DNA of 63,540 bases, the filler included, from Licmophora abbreviata (Eukaryota), in the NCBI GenBank assembly GCA_900291995.1. It is 24 parts of 24 records of this genome, joined end to end, with 100 filler letters (N's around TTAATTAATTAA, not from the genome) between each part and the next. Parts side by side here need not be neighbours in the genome. Positions count along the whole stretch, not along the records: positions 56,850 to 58,402 come from OLMU01006009.1; positions 58,503 to 59,526 come from OLMU01006011.1; positions 59,627 to 61,709 come from OLMU01006013.1; positions 61,810 to 63,540 come from OLMU01006014.1; 20 more parts are not named here. One strand, given 5' to 3'. Positions 56,750 to 63,540 of this stretch are shown piece by piece. Within the stretch, counting starts at the first letter, position 1, and every line of letters starts with the position of its first letter. The notes beneath the pieces were generated by a model. That model did no database searches and was not told the origin of the DNA. It saw only the letters and a list, made by a program, of their open reading frames with translations. The position numbers and the translations under genes were made by a program.

Positions 56750-57610
56750 NNNNNNNNNNNNNNNNNNNNNNNNNNNNNNNNNNNNNNNNNNNNTTAATTA
56801 ATTAANNNNNNNNNNNNNNNNNNNNNNNNNNNNNNNNNNNNNNNNNNNNTTTCCTTCTTTCGGAGGAACGTGACAGACGCTGGTCGGGCCGTGCTTGAGC
56901 GTCTTCTTTGATGTCAACGGGAGGAACCGATTGGCCTCGGTCAGGCCCGGCAAGGACTTTGGCACTGCAAATCGCCCTACGTGCGCGATATCGATGACGG
57001 ACTGTCCGGAATGGATGGAAGATGGTGTCATGGCTGTGAAGGGTCATTCCAATAGCGACATTCGACTGTAGGGACTCCATCATGACGACGAGGGAGAATT
57101 CGTATGAATGGATTGCCGCACTTTTTGGATGGCAGAGAATGAATCCGCACTCGTGCGCCATTACGGCACTGCGTGTGGGGGGCGAACGGCTGGATACGCT
57201 GCTGGTGGGAGATATACATGTCGGGACGCATGAGGTTGTGCAAAACGGTTCCTCTGAAAGTTTGAGCTCGCAGGAACTGAACGTGGTGGCACAAGAGCTA
57301 CGTGCGAGGAAGGAAGAAGACCGAGAGAGGAAGTAAAATACATACTCTAGAAAGCTGACACGCTGCCATTGTACTTTCAGATCAATGGCATGTATTGCCC
57401 GTGCATCATTGTGATCTAGGATCCTGGCCAAAAGGAAGGAGGTTGTAGTGCTAGCAACGGTTCCGATGGCGAGCGAGACAAGCAGCACCATGACACTCGC
57501 CGTCCGAGTTTTCCGCGTTATTGTGAGGAGCGCATAGAATCAATTCTGTAGGTGGTACAAGGCTTGCACGAGTCGTTACCACCCGCAGACGAGAAGTGCC
57601 AGAATGGTGC

Positions 57611-57754
57611 CAGCACATTTCCATCGCCACTTAAGTTGACCGACTGGCCTAGCCCGTCGAATTCGGCATCGCCAATGAGGTCTTGGCCCAGTTGGTTGCA
57701 ACAGAAACCCTGTGGTTCGCAGTTCCACGCAAAGACTCGCGACAAGCCACGATT
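57611..57754 (-). pseudogene. Isolated FG-GAP repeat remnant
   Basis: GLSRVFAWN.....NQLGQDLIGDAEFDGLGQSVNLSGDGNVLA embedded in otherwise unrecognisable sequence. Confidence 0.6.
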
Positions 57755-58077
57755 CTTACTGTGGGTATCGATACGATACCAATCGCGACCATAGATGCAT
57801 CCATCCGTCGACATAGCTAGTGATACCGTCGTGTGATATGTTCGTCGTTTCAACCGCCACGACAAGACTCTTTTCCGCATCCACCGACACTGCCAAGGCA
57901 CCGACATCCAAGGTTCCCATTGTCAATGAGAATGCCTACAACGAACGTTCGATGGACAACCTTGAACCTTGATGCATCTACCTGAACCCGTTGTCCCACT
58001 CCTCGCATCCTGCATGTTCTGCATTGACTGCGATTCGGAAATCTTGGTATACTCGTACATAACTCCTGCGCTGCAAA

Positions 58078-58242
58078 AGTACTCTGCAAGCACTCTCGAA
58101 CATCATCCAATTTTTGCATACTCCCATGTGCCAGCACGGGGGTGGGATGGAGCAGTTCGACCGCTCTTTTGATGGTATCCCAATGGGCATGACCTGTTTC
58201 CAGTCCCTTTTGCAATCGCGTTCGACCGTGAATTGTAGTCAA
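58078..58242 (-). pseudogene. tRNA-dihydrouridine synthase (DUS1-like) fragment
   Basis: TIHGRTRLQKG..TG.A.WDTIK.......PVLAHG....LDDVRECLQST; the flanking DUS motifs are missing or degraded. Confidence 0.65.
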
Positions 58243-58502
58243 AGGATGAGTTCGGGCGCTGGCTACTGTATCGCCCACTACTGTACCACGGCGACTCCCC
58301 TTTCAAGCTGGCATCGTAGCTAGGGCGTCTCAGGAGACGACAGCGCTTGACTAATCGAATCACTGTACCTGCCGCTATTGTACGAGTTCAAAACAGACTC
58401 GTNNNNNNNNNNNNNNNNNNNNNNNNNNNNNNNNNNNNNNNNNNNNTTAATTAATTAANNNNNNNNNNNNNNNNNNNNNNNNNNNNNNNNNNNNNNNNNN
58501 NN

Positions 58503-58763
58503 GCTTGGGCTTGCGCTACGCTAGATGTGCAGTCGCCCAATCTGTTTGCCGAAATCGAGAAGCGCGTCCACTAGCTGGTTGGGAGAGGCAATCCGCAAAG
58601 TGTCGCGAATACGGCTTGCGCCAAGCTTGGAGTTTAGTTGCACAATCTGTTTGCGCATATTGAGAAGCACGCCGACGATCCTGTTGTGAAAGGAACGAGG
58701 ACTGAAAGAACAAAAACCCAATCTGCCCCAGAGCTCTACCGGGCGCCCACGTTTCACGCAATA
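58503..58763 (+). pseudogene. Degenerate helical-repeat (HPR/OPR-like, about 37 aa) gene with in-frame stops
   Basis: Manual translation AWACATLDVQSPNLFAEIEKRVH*LVGRGNPQSVANTA--CAKLGV*LHNLFAHIEKHA. Confidence 0.65.
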
Positions 58764-58949
58764 AAGAACTGCTAAACGTTACACCCAATCCAATTCAGTC
58801 TTCATTAACATTAAACAAGTGAGAGGAGGGTAGACCTATTGGATATATTCGCGCTCCAGCTCGATGTGACACGTCATGCCGCATCTCTCAGTACAAATGG
58901 TAGGCAGTTGCTCCACTTACACGTTGCACCCAATCGATCGCCGTCTTCA

Positions 58950-59526
58950 TTAACCTTGAAGCAGTGAGAGGAGGGCACTGGATTCGCGCTCCAGCTTGAT
59001 GTGGCACGTCTTACCGCACCGCACAGCGCCATTGGCTGCTGCGATCCCATTCAGCCGCGTGACTCGCCCGCAAACGTCTCTCGAACCCATTCCAAGGTAG
59101 CGCAAACACTTTGCGGCGATGCAGGCATTGTGGGGTCTCGACTCGGAGCACTGTATTTCATGCAGTAACATGGAAACAAGATCCGCATCGACGTTTCCTA
59201 GAAACTGTTTGACAACATCCGAAGCAGGCTCGTCCAGCACAGCATTGTCTCGTATCGCTACCAAAGAGCGCGCCAGCACCGCCAGAGCTTGAAGGAACAA
59301 TCCCTGTGACGACCGAGCGTTGGGTCCTAAGGCACTCGAGCCAAAGATAGCATGTGCCTCGTCGTCGCACACATCCGCTTGCTGCGGGTCCTCCGAGAGG
59401 CAGCCTCGAGTGCTTAGCACTGACACGACAAAGTCATGAAGCCCTTTGCACATTTCTCTCCATTGAGAATAAGCTTCGTCCGACTCGGTCGCAGTTCGGC
59501 GAGCCGCACCCGCACCCAGCATGCAC
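58950..59526 (-). CDS. C-terminal part of a hypothetical alpha-helical (ARM-like) protein
   Basis: Open from the contig end; RPHNAC+AAKCL..L...A...G...H.KLERES..LL. Confidence 0.6.
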
Positions 59527-60084
59527 NNNNNNNNNNNNNNNNNNNNNNNNNNNNNNNNNNNNNNNNNNNNTTAATTAATTAANNNNNNNNNNNNNNNNNN
59601 NNNNNNNNNNNNNNNNNNNNNNNNNNGTCTTCTACTACTTATTACATAGGCGATTCGCTGCTATCCCACTAGCTAGCTAGTGCCCTGTATCTGTGTTACA
59701 GTCGCATGCTGGCGGACAATAATCCAAAGCTACAGTCGCTCCGTGGACTACCGGTAGCAGGCTAGAAGCCCCGCTCTGTGTGTGCAGTTCGTATCTGACC
59801 AGGACAAGAGCGTCCAACGCTGTCTTGACCTTCAGGTATGTAGGAACCTTCTGTACGAGAGCCTCGAGACGTCGCGAAACGAAGCGTCAAGTTCATGATC
59901 GCATTGACGCACAGACCAAAAGAGAACACCCTTGTCGGCTGATGACGCCAAACGCGAACCCTGCAGCTGTTTGCCATCACCCGCGACATCGACAGACTGC
60001 ACTCGGAATGTTCACTGTTCGACCACCATGACAAAGACTAAAAGGACCGATCGATGCCTCCAGAAGAAGCGACGTTCTGCTACA

Positions 60085-61556
60085 ATGAATCCTGCTGCTA
60101 TGCGTAGACGCAACCATATAAAGATGCCGTGGGCCCTGGTGCTTGTCGCTACGATCAGGCGTGGTACAGAGGCTCTTGTGACGTTTCGAACACCGTCCGT
60201 GCTGTCGGTACCCAGCAATGGTCGTACGTCTTCTAGCGTAGCGTTCGTGTCTCGGGGTGCTGCAGAATCGAACGAAGCATCACTGCGACGACGAGACTAC
60301 AGTAGAGGAGAGCGATCTATCCGACAGCTCTCCTCGCGTCACGGACGTCTGGACCAGCACTACGACCAGACCAGTCAGAGTCACTGCACTTCAGGCGATC
60401 CTCACCAGTACCACAATCACGACGCCTCTTCTTCTTCTTCTGCCCATTACTCGACACTCCCCAACAACCCCACTGCCTCTCACGAAGAAGTCTTACTAGA
60501 ACACCTCGACGACATGGCTCCGGTGCATCTCAAAGAGGACACGTGGCTGGAAAAGATACTCGGCAGCTACCTAGGCCCACGAGCTATCCTTGCCGTGCTC
60601 GCGGCCGTCTATGCCACCAACTTTCCACTGGGAGCATTGATGAACGACCATCTCCAGCCTCGGCCGCTACCTGCGCGCGCATGGTCGTGGCGAGCCTCGC
60701 ACTGTCGCCCTTTGTCCTACAGCTCCATAAGGATCTACGTATTCCTGCCGTCCTGTGCGGCTGCTTCACGGCGGCGGGATACGTGACGCAGTCCCTGGCG
60801 CTCCTCGACGTCGATCCTGCCAAAGTCAGCTTTCTTGGCAGTGCCACGGTATTGTGGTGTCCGCTGTTGGAGTGGATTGTGGATAAGAGACCCATGGGCA
60901 TACGGGACTCTCCGCAGACATGGCTGGCGGCACTATTGAGTCTAGGAGGAGTCGGGGTTCTGGAACTCTATGATCCGGGATCGAGCAGTAGCGTCATGGA
61001 TACATTGAGTCATGTGGGAAGTGGTGACGTGTTGGCATTGCTTCAGGCCGTCGGATTCGGGACGGGTGTCTTTTGGACGGCACGTATGCTCCGCAAACAA
61101 CCCGACCAGGCATTGCCGGTTACCGCTACTCTGATTGCCACCACGGCGACGCTGAGTAGTATCTGGTGCCTGATGGACGGCTGGATGACGGGGAGTCCCG
61201 ATGATTGGTTCCAATATACACTTCCAGGAATGATGATGGAACCAGATTTGCGTACCGTCGCCTTGGCTGTCCTCTGGACTGGTCTCATTAGTACTTCGCT
61301 CAATTTCTTTATTGAACTGACGGCTCTGGGACGAGTGCCCCCGAGCGAGGCGAGTGTCATTTTGGCGAGTGAGCCACTGTGGGCGGCGATTCTAGCAGCC
61401 TTGTTTTATCATACGTCACTATCGGCATCGGACTGGATGGGCGGGAGTATGTTGATCGGGGCGTGCTTGGTCAATGCGCTCGTGACGCCAGAGTTGTTCG
61501 GAATGGAACCCACTGCTGCTACTACAGCTGATAGTAGCAAGAGTAAGGTGGAATGA
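60085..61556 (+). CDS. EamA/DMT-family transporter with N-terminal targeting extension; frameshift near 60716
   Basis: YATNF, GY+.QSLAL..VDPAKVSFL.S.TV..CPLLE, GD.LALLQA.GFG, VP.SEASVILASEPLWAA. Confidence 0.9.
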
Positions 61557-62343
61557 TTTTGTAAGCGAGGACGAGTTGCAGATTGATAAGGATGGATGCA
61601 ACAGAACGAAAGAAAGATGCCGAATAGAGAATATTTGCAAGACGAAACACTATAGGAATGCATTTCGTCAAGAAGCAGAAGGGTAGAGGAGGTGTCAATG
61701 GTGCTACATNNNNNNNNNNNNNNNNNNNNNNNNNNNNNNNNNNNNNNNNNNNNTTAATTAATTAANNNNNNNNNNNNNNNNNNNNNNNNNNNNNNNNNNN
61801 NNNNNNNNNTTGCGTTTCGACTCACGTGGTATATTTACAGTAGTTCTGTACAGAGGGATGTTGTGCTACCAGAGGATGAATCGCTCCACGACTAAACCAC
61901 CGGCAATCAGACAGGTGTACCTTGCTTCGAGTGCTTGTTCTCATGTTGCTGTTGTGGTCCTTACCGGTACAGAGCTAAACTTATGTGCGCTACAGTACTC
62001 CATGTATGTTCTAACATAGCCATGCATAAACCAATACACTGGATTCCGGATTCATTCCATTCTCCAAACTCTGTCTTCCGCACTTCGCGACGGTGATATG
62101 ATAGTCCTACGACCCACGAAGAGACGAGGCAAAGGAGAGCTCTGAGTGACAGCCGTGCGGCAACTATGGGTAGACATAAAAGGTAAAACTAGCTCTATCG
62201 GTACCTGTAATGGGATACGCAAGTATGCTGTTGAGCTACTCGAAGCATGCGTAAAACTAACCCTCGTATCGAATTCACTAGAGCATCGATGTAAAGAAGC
62301 AATCCTTCAACTTTTCATAGAAACCTTTCTGCAACCACACTTC

Positions 62344-63210
62344 TCATTCTTCCGGGATGGACTTTTCGGTTGCAGACTTGTTGTTGCATGCAGGATCTCC
62401 ATTTCGAGCAAACGCCGTTGATTGCTGGATACCGGATCGAAACGAGCTCATGCGATGTCCACCTCGAAGCAAGTGTCCCGCAAGCGAGTTGGTTTTGGGC
62501 GTTGACGCATTGACGATCTCACCATTGCCATTGCGTTCCTCTGTCAATTCCTGTTTCAGTTGCTGCTTTTCACGATAAACTTGCAAGGAATCCTTCGTGT
62601 GCGTAGTAATGACCGTATGGTGATCGTCGTCCCACAGTAGCTGCGAGGACCCGACAGACGCGGTGGATACCGAGAAGGCACCCATCGCCGGTTCGTTGTC
62701 TTGCTCGTCCCCAGCATAGTCTTCTGATAGCAAGTCTTCAACGCGAAAGGTGCGACCACCGTTCATCGCCAATTCGGGCTTCTCTTCACCATCCCGAGAC
62801 GTAGGACTGCTATTCATACTGATACTCGCCTGCTGCAACACTTGGAGAGTGGTCGTGAGTTGCTGCTGCAAGTCTTGTTGTGCAGCATAGTCTGTTTCAA
62901 GCTTGGTATGCTGCTTGGTTTGCTGGTGGATCTTGGCGGTCAGCGCCGTGAGCTGCGCACTGCTGCTGCTCACTGGAGTCGTAGTTTCACTCTGCAACGA
63001 GTCGGCTTGCTTCTTTTGCTGCTGCTTTTGAATCCGAATCTTTTCGAGTTCATTTGTGAGACGATCCAGCTCTTGCTGGAGACGCTGGCGTTCCGAAGCA
63101 GAGGGCATGGTTGACAACGATCGAAAGCTCGGCGCACGAGGGGTCGAAAAAGTGAGCATAATTCTCTTGCCGGGGATGATGTTTGAATGTTCGAAAATGA
63201 CCCTATGCAT
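62344..63210 (-). CDS. Hypothetical coiled-coil protein (start may be 63108)
   Basis: Gln/Leu/Lys-rich heptad segments; no family recognised. Confidence 0.6.
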   Translation of the reverse strand: MHRVIFEHSNIIPGKRIMLTFSTPRAPSFRSLSTMPSASERQRLQQELDRLTNELEKIRIQKQQQKKQADSLQSETTTPVSSSSAQLTALTAKIHQQTKQHTKLETDYAAQQDLQQQLTTTLQVLQQASISMNSSPTSRDGEEKPELAMNGGRTFRVEDLLSEDYAGDEQDNEPAMGAFSVSTASVGSSQLLWDDDHHTVITTHTKDSLQVYREKQQLKQELTEERNGNGEIVNASTPKTNSLAGHLLRGGHRMSSFRSGIQQSTAFARNGDPACNNKSATEKSIPEE

Positions 63211-63540
63211 ATCATATCATGTCAATGATACACCGTTTCGAACTATCAATTGTGTAGCTGTTGGTAGAAGTCCTATGTGGGTCATTATTGAGTATCGCCC
63301 AAGGTGTATAGTACGATATGATAGTGTGTCCGTATGTCTGTCTGTGCGGATACTGTAACCAGTCTTGCTGCTGTACGGTACACAAATACATACGATAATA
63401 CGCGTACGTATGATGAAGTAGTAATGCTACGCAACGCCATGACGACATCGGATGCCGCCGCGGCGTCGAAGGCCATGGACAAACATCGATCTATTATATA
63501 GTACTCAGTACAATAGTATCATAGTACTGAAACACTCACC

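Noticed and set aside
58570..58640. Stop-codon reassignment (in-frame TAG)
   Set aside because: TAG ends normal genes in this window (e.g. 19768, 27165, 39748), and the two stops would require different amino acids.
3220..61809. Regularly recurring TTAATTAATTAA as a CRISPR-like or biological repeat
   Set aside because: It is always centred in a fixed 100-bp N block; this is a synthetic six-frame-stop linker. ORFs ending in X...LIN are artefacts.
1..63540. tRNA, rRNA, CRISPR arrays, intact transposases or reverse transcriptases
   Set aside because: None recognised by eye; tRNAscan-SE and Infernal were not run, so short RNAs could have been missed.

Overview
The window is a pseudomolecule of 24 contigs joined by 23 artificial 100-bp linkers (N44-TTAATTAATTAA-N44), and it mixes two organisms. 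Bases 1-16780 are bacterial (alphaproteobacterial, probably Rhodobacterales; this is inferred). They hold the 5' part of a large surface protein, a divergent NarL/LuxR regulator with a receiver-like gene, and then a minus-strand lambda-type (GpA terminase) prophage head-tail module. That module has a recognisable cosQ/cosN-like site, a triple-repeat promoter, a ParB-N6/N4 methyltransferase coupled to a PD-(D/E)XK endonuclease, a GIY-YIG (T5orf172) gene, a Fic gene end, a parDE toxin-antitoxin insertion and an antisense three-gene DUF3489 cassette. Bases 16881-63540 are eukaryotic and diatom-like, with GT-AG introns, ASAFAP-type plastid presequences, DUF6824 domains and microsatellites. Genes there include plastid Rps1, Rpl15 and SecE-like, a bS21-like protein, LysM, bromodomain, GT49, lipase, kexin-like, EamA and FG-GAP proteins, and tandem bestrophin-like genes. 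The best leads are a probable calmodulin-like::STRA6-like fusion, a twin CCRE (TGACGT) module conserved upstream of both bestrophin genes, and the nuclease/methylase/regulatory cluster around the prophage cos. Many single-base frameshifts look like sequencing errors. All family calls come from motif recognition by eye; no searches were run.
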